Source: Heterodontus francisci (lineage: Eukaryota). Taken from it: 64,000 nucleotides of DNA. A program made the translations under genes and the position numbers. Location: NCBI RefSeq assembly GCF_036365525.1, contig NW_027142279.1:682001-746000 (forward strand), given 5' to 3'. Position 1 is the first letter of the stretch. Each line of letters begins with the position of its first letter. Below are positions 26,242 to 38,334 of this stretch, one piece after another. Under the pieces are notes generated by a model. That model searched no databases, was not told the origin of the DNA, and saw nothing but the letters and a program-made list of their open reading frames with translations.

Positions 26242-27088
26242 TCAGTGCTCATCTTCCACCGGCAGGGGGCAGCAGTAGATTAAATCTCAGTGCTCATCAT
26301 CCACCGGCAGGGGGCAGCAGTAGATTAAATCTCAGTGCTCATCCTCCACCGGCAGGAGGCAGCAGTAGATTAAATCTCAATGCTCATCTTCCCCCGGCAG
26401 GGGGCAGCAGTAGATTGAATCTCAGTGCTCATCTTCCACCGGCAGGGGGCAGCAGTGGATTGAATCTCAGTGCTCATCTTCCACTGGCAGGGGGCAGCAG
26501 TGGATTGAATCTCAGTGCTCATCTTCCACCGGCAGGGGGCAGCAGTAGATTGAATTTCAGTGCTCATCTTCCCCCAGCAGGGGGCAGCAGTAGATTGAAT
26601 CTCTGCGCTCATCTTCCACCGGCAGGGGGCAGCAGTAGATTGAATCTCAGTGCTCATCTTCCACTGGCAGGGGGCAGCAGTGGATTGAATCTCAGTGCTC
26701 ATCTTCCACCGGCAGGGGGCAGCAGTAGATTGAATCTCAGTGCTCATCTTCCACCGGCAGGGGGCAGCAGTAGATTGAATCTCAGTGCTCATCTTCCACT
26801 GACAGGGGGCAGCAGTGGATTGAATCTCAGTGCTCATCTTCCACCGGCAGGGGGCAGCAGTAGATTGAATTCAGTGCTCACCATCCACCGGCAGGGGGCA
26901 GCAGTGGATTGAATCTCGGTGCTGATCTTCCACCGGCAGGGGGCAGCAGTAGATTGAATCTCAGTGCTCATCTTCCACCAGCAGGGGGCAGCAGTGGATT
27001 GAATCTCAGTGCTCATCATCCACCGGCAGGGGGCAGCAGTGGATTGAATCTCTGTGCTTATCTTCGACCGGCAGGGGGCAGCAGTAGA
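26242..27088 (+). repeat. 45-bp minisatellite, ~19 copies, CTCF-like core in each
   Basis: Same unit as 5533-5931, immediately 3' of the V11 RSS. Confidence 0.9.
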
Positions 27089-27479
27089 CTGACTGCTCAA
27101 TTTCTGCAACCAGGTCATGGAATCATCTTGGTTAACAGCAGAGAAGGAGACCATTCGGCCCATCTTCCCCGTACTGGCTTATTTGAAAGAACTGTCCAGT
27201 TATTGCTCTTCCCCCCACCCCCCCCCCCCGCTACTTCCCCATAGCCATGCACATTGTTTCCATTCACGTGTACAATCCATTCCCTTTTGAACGTTCTTGT
27301 TCAAACTGCTTCCAACACCCTTTCAGACAGTGCTCGCCACATCATAACAACTCGCTGCTTAAATAAATCATCACTTCTCCCCCCCTCTCCCCATTAATTC
27401 ATCTGCCAGTTATATTTATTCAATGTCTCTGGGTTGCCTTCTGCCTATAGAAACAGTTTCTGTCATTTACATATTTTAA

Positions 27480-28045
27480 AAAATTCTTTGATGGGATGTG
27501 TGCATCGCTGACCGGGCCAGCATCTGCTATCCATCCTAAATTGCCCTTGAGAAGGTGGTGGTGAGCTGCCTTCTTGAACCACTGCAGTCCATGTCGGGTA
27601 GTTACAACCACAGTCCCGTAAGGAAGAGAGTTCCAGGATTTTGACCCAGCGACAGTGAAGGAACGGCGATATAGTTCCAAGTCAGGATGGTGTGTGACTT
27701 GAAGGGGAACTTGCAGGTGGTGGTGTTCCCATGCATCTGCTGTCCTTGTCCTTCTCGGTGGTAGAGGTCGAGGGTTTGGAAGGTGTTGGCGAAGGAGCCT
27801 TTGGGAGTTGCTGCAGTGCATCTTGTAGATGGTACACACTGCTGCCACTGTGTGTCGGTGGTGGAGGGAGTGAATGTTTGTAGATGGGGGGCCAATCAAG
27901 CGGGCTGTTTTGTTCTGGATGGTGTCGAGCTTCTTGAGTGTTGTTGGAGCTGCACTCATCCCGGTAAGTGGAGAGCATTCCATCACACTTCTGACTTGTG
28001 CCTTGGAGATGGTGGAAAAGCTTTGTAGAATCAGGAGATGAGGTA
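27480..28045 (-). mobile_element. Non-LTR retrotransposon 3' fragment (same family at ~62840-63240)
   Basis: Peptide TTLKKLDTIQNK..HRHTVAAVCTIYKMHC..SWNSLP..FKKAAHHHLL, a LINE ORF2 C-terminus; near-identical second copy in the window. Confidence 0.75.
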
Positions 28046-29531
28046 CTCAATACTCAACGTGCTATCTGAGTGGGTAAAACTCTCCTCTCTGAGTTAGAAG
28101 ATGCCACTCCACAGACTGGAGCCAATAAAAAGGCTGACACTTCAGTGCCTGGAACGCGTTGCCAGCGGAGGTGGTAGATGCGAACACGATAGCGTCTTTT
28201 AAGATGTATCTAGACAGATACATGAATGGGCAGGAAGCAAAGAGATACAGACCCTTAGAAAATAGGCGACATGTTTAGGTAGAGGATCTGGATCGGCGCA
28301 GGCTTGGAGGGCCGAAGGGCCTGTTCCTGTGCTGTAATTTTCTTTTTTCTTTGTTCTTTCTTTGCCAACAAACTGCAGGTAAGTCAAAACAAATCCACCG
28401 ACCAAAAATTTCGGACTGAAATGCATGTTTCATACTATTTTTTCTGATTAAGCAGAATTAACGCACACAATTTTGAATGCAACACAAACGCAATAAATTG
28501 ATGCTAAACCCTTTAGTAAAAGCCTGGTTTGGCCTCAACTGGTGTAGCGTGTCCACTTCTTTACATGACATTGCCGGGAGGATGGAGATGGTGCAAAGGA
28601 GATTTAGAAGGAGGTGACCGGGCATGAGGGGTTTCAGCGATGTGGAGATGTGGGAGAAGCTGTTCATTGGAAAAGACAAGGTTACCAAAAGTCCCAGAGC
28701 CCAATCCAGAAGGTTAGGGGTGCGATGATGGACCACACCACTGCTCATTCAATCCAAAAAACATTGAAATGTTTCCCATTTCATCCATGATCTTCCCACT
28801 TCATGTAAAATGCATCTATGGAATAGTTAAGTTGTCACCCCCACTCTTGGTCTAACCTTTAACACTTCCATTGTTACCGAGTCCTGATGGATATTTAAGA
28901 AAGATAGTGAACATTTACTCTTGTAACATCTCAGCTTTTCTGAAATGACCCTCCCAGCAATGCACACATCCCATCACTGAATACATTCAGATACAATTGG
29001 AAGTGAACAAGCTTGATAATGATGGTGGAGTGAGCATCTTTTCATGGTTATGAGGCTGCTGAGGGTGAGGCTGACACAGATAATGGCTGTCGGGAGGAGG
29101 GTGGTAATGTGTCCTCAGATGGTAATGATGAGTGTGAGGATGGTGTCAGGATGAATGTGGTTATGATCAGGGGAGTACTGAAGGTATTGATGATACCAAC
29201 ACACCCGCCCATTTAATCACCTCTCCACCACAGAAGATAGTTTACATCACATTTACTCCCTTCCTTTCTGCAACTTTCAAAGACATGAAACAGAACTGCA
29301 GGCCCAGAAACCGATGAGCTGGGGCTCAAACATTGGTCCCTCCCCAGAAATGACGAGTCCTCGGGGAGCCCATGAACAAAGAAAGAAAGCTTGGCTCCGC
29401 CTAGGAAAATGTTGAAGATGATGGAGACGGAAGCTGTAAATTCCAGTCAGTTCCCAGAACTTTGAGATACTCTACAATAAAAGTGCTCAGTCATTTCATT
29501 TAAAACCACACGGATCCTTCACCCTCCAGAG

Positions 29532-30092
29532 ATGGCTGTGTCTCAGCTCTGGGTTGTGTTGTTGGTGTTAACGGGTAAGGAGGTGTCTGAACTGTGAGGT
29601 TACAATGATGTAGATGTGTCTCGGATTCTCAGTCTCTGTCTGTCTTTGTCTCTCTCCTTCTCCCTCTGTATTTCTTTCTCTGTTGATAACGATATAGACA
29701 TTGTCCCTGGGTTAATCTCTCTCTTTCTCTCTCTCTCTCCCTCTCTGTTTTGCAGATGTGGGGGCCGTGTTGATCCAACAGACTCCCGCTTCCATATCCC
29801 ATTCCCCAGGCTCTCCAGTCAGGATCGAGTGTATTTACACTGAAGCAACAGCTAGCTCTGTTTTCAACTGGTACCGATGGCATCTGGACCGTGAGCGCGA
29901 GAACCTTTTCTATTCCTACCCCGCCAGAACGGTCACCCCCTGCGGAGAGGTGGACGGTCTCACCGCCAGGAGACCCAACAACACCCATTTTTACCTTGAG
30001 TCTCCAGCCTGTGGGTGAATCAATCAGCCGTGTATTACTGTGCCTGGAGACTGCACAGTGACTCAGAAAGGCGCCGGAGTTCAGTAAAAACT
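29532..30092 (+). pseudogene. TRBV: V12: third-family (C) V pseudogene
   Basis: Leader MAVSQLWVVLLVLT 29532-29574. V exon 29756-30053 (IQQTPA..IEC..WYRW..YYCAWRL) with a 1-bp deletion near 30001. CACAGTG-23-GTAAAAACT. Confidence 0.9.
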
Positions 30093-33000
30093 CTAAACAT
30101 TGACAGAGCTCACTTGTGGGAGAGAGGCCTGTCTATCTGGGCTGTCATTCTATCACTCTGACTATCTGTCAGTTTCTATGTCTACTGTTGAATGAACTGG
30201 CTCTTTGACAGAGTTGTCTAACTAGTTCCCATTCACTGACCAGTTCTCCATTACACTAATAAATCTCCCCTTCATCTACTTCTCCAATTGACATCTGGAA
30301 GTTACTATTGGATGGTCTTCCACCGCCCTTTCAGTCAGTGCCCTCCACATGATAACAATTCACTGAGGAGAAAGATTCCACTCATCTCCCACACTGGTTC
30401 CTTTCCCAATTACCTTCAATTCTTGGTCCCTGGTTTATCGACCCTCCTGACAGACGATACCACCCTCTTGATACAGTTTCTCTATCAAGACACTTCTCAC
30501 CACGTCTTTCAAATCTCCCCTTACCCTCATTACTCTAATGGACACAAGTCCATACAAATAGGAAATGGTTGATCTTGGAACCTTTAATCATGTCTCTGAT
30601 GATTCATACAGTGCAAAGGCGAGAAACCTCTCCAGATCCGTCTCTGACTGGAACACCTGAATACAGACGGCAGCTTCAGCATCTGTTCAAAACTGTTAAC
30701 CCACTTGTCTCTCAGTCTTTCGGTATCTTTTGAAGAATTTTCACAATGACTGGAGTTCAGTGCGGTGAAGAACTTAACCCTATAACTCCCGTTTAGCAGA
30801 ACGCGGGGGTGGGGGGGTGGGGGGTGGGGGTGGGTGGGGGGGGGCGTTGTGGGGAATGAAACTGTCTTGGCTCTGAAACAAGACAGCAGGTTGACGGGTC
30901 TTATTGGATCATAGAATCATGCAGGATAAATCCAGGCCATTCAGCCCATCGATCCTGGCCTGGCTGTTCGAAAGAGCGACCTCCTCCCATCTCTCTTCAT
31001 CTTCCCCTGTCAACAGATTCTTCACTTACTTTCTCACTCATGTATTTATTCAGCTCCCCTTTAACTGCATCGTCTCTATTCGACCTCAACCCATTCCATT
31101 TGGTCTCTAATTCCACATTCTCACCGCTCCCTGGGTTAAAGAACCTCCTTCTGAATTCCCAATTGGATTTATTAAGGACTACCTTACATTTATGATCCCT
31201 GGTTTTCATCTTCCCTGTCCAATTACTCCCACTCCCTGTTCTTTCTGAATAACCCTGCACTTGATCTTGCAGCTTGTCTGCCTCCTTCCCGACATTACAA
31301 CAGTGACTGCACTTCAAAATGTATTTGACTGGTTGAGGCTTGAGTAAAGCAGAGAGCTGTCGGCCCGAATGGCACGGATCTGTGCATTTACTTCCATCTA
31401 TGTTCTTTGCCACAAGCGCCAACACGAGTCGAGTTGGGGAATGGAACCAATGACTGAAATAATTTCAGGGTCTGACACTGAAAGGCCTGCAGAATCAGTG
31501 CTTGCAGTTGCAGCTGGAGCCACTAGGTGCCAGTGTTACTCCACTGTCGCCGCTGCCGAGAACATGCCCAGACAGAGTGAGCTTTACCCACAGCAGCTCC
31601 ACAGGTCAACTTGGCTGCTTCTGAAATGTTTCGCTTCTCAACTATTTCACACAAAATATTCTGGCAATGGAAAAAAACTCAATGATTTGATATAAGGTAG
31701 ATGAGCTTTTAATCTGATCGTTTTAGGGGCATTAAGTGATATTAATATCATTCCAACCTTGGAATATTTGCACCCAAAAGCCAATTTGTAGATTTCCAGG
31801 TTCTATCTTACAATTGCATTGTCCCAGGTGTTTGTAGGAAACTAGGAGAGAGCCTGAATTTCCATCTATCGTGCCAAGTGTAAAGTAACATTTTCCCCCC
31901 ATGCTCCCTGTTTCCAGGTGGAGTAACGGGAGAACTGGTGCTCACTTCATGTGATCAAGTGAGAGACAGTTTTCAGAACAGAAGGCTTCACACTGACATG
32001 TTGTGATATCCTCACCCCGCCGGTGGAGGGGCTGTATTAATCAGGTCTGTTCATTGAGGAGGTGAAATTCAGTATGTTGAGGTTTTAAGAGCAGGTTTGC
32101 TTTTGCAGAACATTGCAAAATAATAAATTAACCTGTAAGCTGGAGAGAGTTCACCTTCTTAGGCAGTTCCCCAGGGTTGAGGATCACTTGCTTCCACTCC
32201 GCTTCAATGGGTTCTGAGATGACTGATGAGTCCAGTGCATGATTTGCAGATTCTGACACATGAGGGGCAGGTGGTGCTTGTAGGATCAGGTAGGTGAGTA
32301 CTTTGCAGGTTTGTGCGCTCCCTCTGATGCCTCCGATACAGAGACGGTTTACAGTGGTAACGTGAGATTCGATCTACAGGTAGTGGAGAAGGGGCAAAGA
32401 AAGATTCATAAGTATGGTACCAGATCTGAAATTGTAACGGTGAGGAAAGAAAAGGAATGGAACTAGTCGGGTTTTCATGAACAGACACAGTGTTTTCTTG
32501 CTCCACAGTAGCAAGCAGAGGGTATTCTAGGACCATGTAATCCAAAATGGACTGAAAAATGATTTACTGGGAAAACAGAAACAGGAGGATGTGATCGAGC
32601 CCTGGAGCTTCAGGGACATGAACATGAGAAGGACATTCAACTCCTTAGAGAGTGNNNNNNNNNNNNNNNNNNNNNNNNNNNNNNNNNNNNNNNNNNNNNN
32701 NNNNNNNNNNNNNNNNNNNNNNNNNNNNNNNNNNNNNNNNNNNNNNNNNNNNNNNNNNNNNNNNNNNNNNNNNNNNNNNNNNNNNNNNNNNNNNNNNNNN
32801 NNNNNNNNNNNNNNNNNNNNNNNNNNNNNNNNNNNNNNNNNNNNNNNNNNNNNNNNNNNNNNNNNNNNNNNNNNNNNNNNNNNNNNNNNNNNNNNNNNNN
32901 NNNNNNNNNNNNNNNNNNNNNNNNNNNNNNNNNNNNNNNNNNNNNNNNNNNNNNNNNNNNNNNNNNNNNNNNNNNNNNNNNNNNNNNNNNNNNNNNNNNN

Positions 33001-34360
33001 NNNNNNNNNNNNNNNNNNNNNNNNNNNNNNGGAGTGAACGAGATTGGGTGATTAAAACGACAGTGAGAAACAGAGGGAGGCAGAGGGAGAGAGAGATGAT
33101 GAAAGCAAGAAGGAGAAAGGGAGAGGGACACCAAGCGAGCGAGAGCGACGACATAGAGAGAAAGAGACTGAGATAGATTAGGCGAGAGTGCGAGAGAGTG
33201 AAAGAGAGAGAGAGAGAGTACGAGACAGGGAGAAAGAAAGCCAGAGAGAGAAAAGCAATGAGGGACAGAGAACTGAACACACACAGAGTTAGAGCGACCC
33301 ACTCTCACACACGTAGACAGCTCTATATCCGTGACCATTCACCTTCCAGCTCATTGAGTCTTCTCTCTGCTGTGGAATGGGTTAGCTGCAGTCTGAACAC
33401 AGTGGGTCAAGTTCCCCAGCCACATGCGAGTCTGTGATCCTCTCTGATGGTTATGGGCCCAGTAATGAGCACAGACCAGGCTGCAGAATAGATCAGCAGC
33501 CCAGTGTGACCCAGATATTGTTCCACCTACATCCCTCGGGCCAGTGTTGCAGAAAACGTTTGCCAGGAGTCCCACCTGACTATTTGAGAATCAACATCTG
33601 GCTGTTTTTCTGAATTCGTTCATGGGATGTGGGCCTCGCTGGCCAGGCCAGCATTTATTGCCCATCCCTAATTGCCCTTGAACTGAGTGGCTTGCTAGGC
33701 CATTGCAGAGGGAATTAAAAGCCAGCCACATTGTGTGGATCTGGAGTCACATGCAGGCCAGACCAGGTGATGGCGGCAGATTTCCTTCCATAACTGACAT
33801 CAGTGAACTGGATGGATTGTTGCAATAATGGTCACCATTAGACGAGATTCTTTTGCAAATGTAGATTTATAAATGACATTAAAATTTCATGATCTGTATC
33901 GGTGGTATTCACCCCCACGTCCCTAAAACACTAGTTGGGGCTGTGGTTTAGGAGTTAAATTACCAACACACTAATACATACCCTACAGGAGCAGATCATT
34001 TGGAATGCAGGTGTCTGTAATTGGAAATCTACATGTGGCTAATGTGGGAATGCCGATGAGGTTCATTGGGAATCTGGATATGTACAATTGGAGATTTCTA
34101 ATCAGCAAATTAGAAACTGAACATCAGACACCCTTGTTGGGGATTTTAACAACACTTACTCCAGTCACTCAACCAAAATAAGCAACCACGTCCAATCTGA
34201 TTGGTTGGGTGGTATAAGGGGGCGTGTCCAATACTGCATCACTTCCTCATGCCCTTCATGTTTTCCTCAATGATTTGTGAAGAGCGGATTGGTTAGTCAC
34301 AGAATTGATCCCCTCTGTTCCACTGCCTTTGCTGTTTGACAGGGCAGTGTCAAGTGGGAG

Positions 34361-34851
34361 ATGTATCTGTTCCTGGCTCTGATAATCCTGGTTCAAGGTG
34401 AGTGCCAAATACAAAGATTATCATTCAGAACCTTCCTCTCCTCTCCCTGTCTTCCTTTCATTCCCAGATATTCCCTGTTGACTGATCTCCTCCTCTCTCC
34501 ATCTCTCTCCCAGATGTGAACTCACAGACAATCCACCAGATTCCTGCCGCTGTCTCCAGATTTCCCGGGAAAGGAGTGGAACTGAGGTGCACTATGGAGG
34601 GGAGCAGCAGTAGCATCTACATGTACTTGAACAGACAATACCCGGGGAAGGAGCCGCTGTTGATGTTTTCCTCCAGCACTGCTAACTATGTGGATCCAGA
34701 GGGGACGGTGGACGGTTTCACCGCCGAGAGACCGACTAGCTCCCAGTTCAACCTGGAGTCCTCCAGCCTGTGGGTGAATCACTCGTCCGTGTATTTCTGT
34801 GCCTGGAGTCTTCACAGTGACTCAGAGAGACGGAGCTGTTCAACAAAAACC
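34361..34851 (+). pseudogene. TRBV: V13: family A V, open frame but WY changed to LN at the conserved Trp
   Basis: Leader 34361-34397, V exon 34514-34812 (MYLNRQ), consensus RSS 34813-34851. Confidence 0.85.
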
Positions 34852-35311
34852 CCAAAGGCAGCAGGAAACACCTGTTTCAGATAAAACCAGGCGGTTCTGC
34901 GTCTTGTTGGGTGTTTTTATCATTGGGAACATGTTTCTCACAAGAAGACAGGGCGGATTTAAATAGAAAGTGACAGGTTAGATATAGAAGCTCAGGAGAA
35001 TTGTGAAATAGACTTTACAGGAATGATATCAGAGGAGAGAGGTTAAAGTTATCAAGAGAATTTGAACTTCGGGAATCTTTGCTCCAGAAAGGAGAAGACT
35101 GAAGGGTGACCTTTCAGCGGTCTTAGAGAGATTATTAAAGATTTTAAAATGTGAAGTGNNNNNNNNNNNNNNNNNNNNNNNNNNNNNNNNNNNNNNNNNN
35201 NNNNNNNNNNNNNNNNNNNNNNNNNNNNNNNNNNNNNNNNNNNNNNNNNNNNNNNNNNNNNNNNNNNNNNNNNNNNNNNNNNNNNNNNNNNNNNNNNNNN
35301 NNNNNNNNNNN

Positions 35312-35860
35312 GAGAAAAAGATAGATAGATAGAGAGATGGAAAGGTAGATAGATAGTTGGATGGATGGATGGATGGATGGATGGATGGATGGATAGGTAG
35401 ATAGATAGATAGGGACGTAGATAGATAGGGAGGTAAATAGATAGAGATATAGACAGATAGGTAGAGAGATAGAAAGGTAGATAGATAGATGGATGGATGG
35501 ATGGATGGATGGATGGATGGATGGATGGATGGATGGATGGATGGATGGATAGGCAGATAGATAGATAGATAGGGACGTAGATAGATAGGGAGGTAAATAG
35601 ATAGAGATATAGACAGATAGGTAGAGAGATAGAAAGGTAGATAGATGGATGGATGGATGGATGGATGGATGGATGGATGGATGGATAGATGGATGGATAG
35701 GTAGATAGATAGATAGATAGGGACGTAGATAGATAGGGAGGTAAATAGATAGAGATATAGACAGATAGGTAGAGAGATAGAAAGGTAGATAGATAGATGG
35801 ATGGATGGATGGATGGATGGATGGATGGATGGATGGATGAATGGATGGATGGATGGATAT
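35312..35860. repeat. (GGAT)n/(AGAT)n compound microsatellite with higher-order repeats
   Basis: Directly visible. Confidence 0.92.
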
Positions 35861-36983
35861 GGTGTGGTTTGATTTCACTGCATTTTCTTTCTCCAAAGGG
35901 ACAGCAGAGTGCGCTGTAGGACCATGATAAACATTCGAGTCTGGAACACACTTTAACAGTGACCTGGGAACACAAAGAGTTCATTCATCACCTCGAAAAC
36001 AGACCGCCCTTCAATGAGATCATGACTGATCAATGGATTCCCATCGCTCCCTCTCTCTCTCTACCTCTCGCTCCATCTGTCTACATCCCTATCTCTCCCC
36101 CTCTCCCCATCTTACTCTCTCCCCCTGTCTTCATCCCTCTCTCTCCACCTCTCTCTATTCCTCCCTGTCCCTCTCTCTCCATCCCTCTCTCACCCACTAG
36201 CTGCCAAGCTGGTGTAAAACGAGAGAATGCCAATTAACATTCCTATCTTTTACAGGGGCATGGACTGTCTCTCTATCTAGCTCGCTATTTCTCTACCTCT
36301 CTGACTTTCCCTCTATCTCTCTATTTCTCTACCTCTGTATCTATCTGTCTACCTGACTGTCTCTCTATCTATCTATCTCTCTCCCTGGTTATCTATCTCT
36401 CTATCTATCTAACTCTATCTTTAGGCGATTACACTTTGTATGAACTAATTAAACATACTGTAATAATGTAATGAATGACCATCTTTTGAAGGATTTTCTA
36501 TATATTGACCAGTCGATGATGTGGTTTGTCATCAATTATCTATCAAAATCCTCTATGATCTTCAATATCTGTATCACATGTACCATTAACCTTCTGTGCT
36601 CTAAGGAGAGAAATCCTCAGCTTCTCCAGTCTCTCCACCGTAACTGAAGTCCCTCATCCCTGGTACCAGTCAGGTTAATCTCCCTCGAACCATCACTACA
36701 CAGAGGAAAACAACCCCCAATGCACAGGAACTCAATACATTCGGTGATGAAACACAGAGACCGAAAGGGTGAATCAGGGAGACATAGAGAGGAAAATTGA
36801 ATGGGACAGAGGGAGACAGAGACAGAGAGATGCACACAAACACACACACACACAGACACACACGCAGACACAGATACAGAGAGAGAAAGAGAGTGAAAGA
36901 ATGGGAGACATAAAGCTCAAAACATGCAAAGAGAGAGAGAAAGTGAGAAACAAAGAGTAAGAAAGAGAGAGGAAGGCGGATTG

Positions 36984-37042
<59 letters not shown>

Positions 37043-37218
37043 CATTGTCAACCTACTCCACTCTAACTTGTTGAGCTGGGCGTCACCATCTCTGCATCAC
37101 TTCCTAATGATTTCCCTGTTCCTCCCAATGATTTGTAAAGAGTGGGTTGGTTATTGACAACACTCATCACTCCTGCTCTCTCCCCTTTTCTGATTCAGAG
37201 GGCAGCTTAAAGTAAAAG

Positions 37219-37742
37219 GTGTATCTGTTACTGGCTCTGATAACCCTGTTTCACCGGAAGGGATTTCATTGAAAAAATAATTCTACTTAACATTTCTTTT
37301 GGATATGTTTTTATTTCTCCCATTCTCTCTTTCCTTCTCTCTTTCTCTCTCCCCACTGGACTGAAGTTCCCTGTTTACTGATCTCCTCCTCTCCCTGTCT
37401 CTTTCCCAGATGTGAACTCACAGACTATCCGCCAAACTCCCGCCGCTCTCTCCAAAGCTCCTGGGGAGCAGGTGAAGATGAAATGCACCGTGCATGGTAC
37501 CAGTAACCCTTACATATACTGGTACAGACTACACCCGGGGAAGGAGCTGCAGCTGATGTTTTATTCCCTAACTGCACAAAGGGTGAACTCAGAAGGGACG
37601 GCAGAGGGTTTCACCACTGAAAGACCAACTGACTCCGAGTTCAACCTGGAGTCCTCCAGCCTGCGGGAGAATCACTCGGCCGTGTATTTCTGTGCCTGGA
37701 GACATCACAGTGACTGAGAGATGGCGCTGTTCAACAAAAACC
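37219..37742 (+). pseudogene. TRBV: V14: family A V pseudogene
   Basis: Start codon is GTG and leader donor is GG. V exon 37410-37705 open. RSS spacer 21 bp. Confidence 0.9.
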
Positions 37743-38334
37743 CCAAAGGCAGCAGAAAACACCTGTGGAGGGAAAAACCGTTCGGTGCCTCGACCTACTG
37801 TTCGCTTATGCAGAGTGAAAGTGTTTGTTACAATAATAAGAGTTGAGTTATGATTGTAGTGACACACTAGATTTACAGGTACTGCCGAGGGTGCAATGAA
37901 CGATTAATAAAGATGTCACGAGATCTCAGAATGTAACTATCAGGAATCAATGACAATAATCTGGGTTTTTATGCACTGACCCTGTGTTTACCTTCTCCAC
38001 AGGGACAGCAGAGGGGGATCCTGGACCATGGACCGCGTAATGGCTTTGAGAAGGATTTAGTGAGAAAACTGAAAGAGCAGGAGATCATGTAGATCCAGCT
38101 TGATATACATCAACAGGACAAGGACACCCACTTCGTTGGAGAGAGAAAGAGAGTGCATGTGTGTGTGAAAGAGAGAGTGATCTAGTGAGAGAGAGAGGAG
38201 AGTGAGACGAAAAACGACAGGCAGAGTTAAAGAGACTGAGACAGAGAGGGAGACAGAGATAGAGACAATGAGGGAAAATTACTGGGATACATCTGGAGAA
38301 TGAAGGATTATTTTTGGGATTGATCTGGGAGATT

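Noticed and set aside
26172-27244. Repetitive ORFs (LPPAGGSSRLNLSAH)n and a CRISPR-like appearance
   Set aside because: A 45-bp unit is a multiple of three, so open frames are expected; there are no unique spacers and the context is eukaryotic.
31520-31533. Isolated CTCF-like site CCACTAGGTGCCAG
   Set aside because: Single copy with a mismatch in the GGC core; insufficient without a PWM score.
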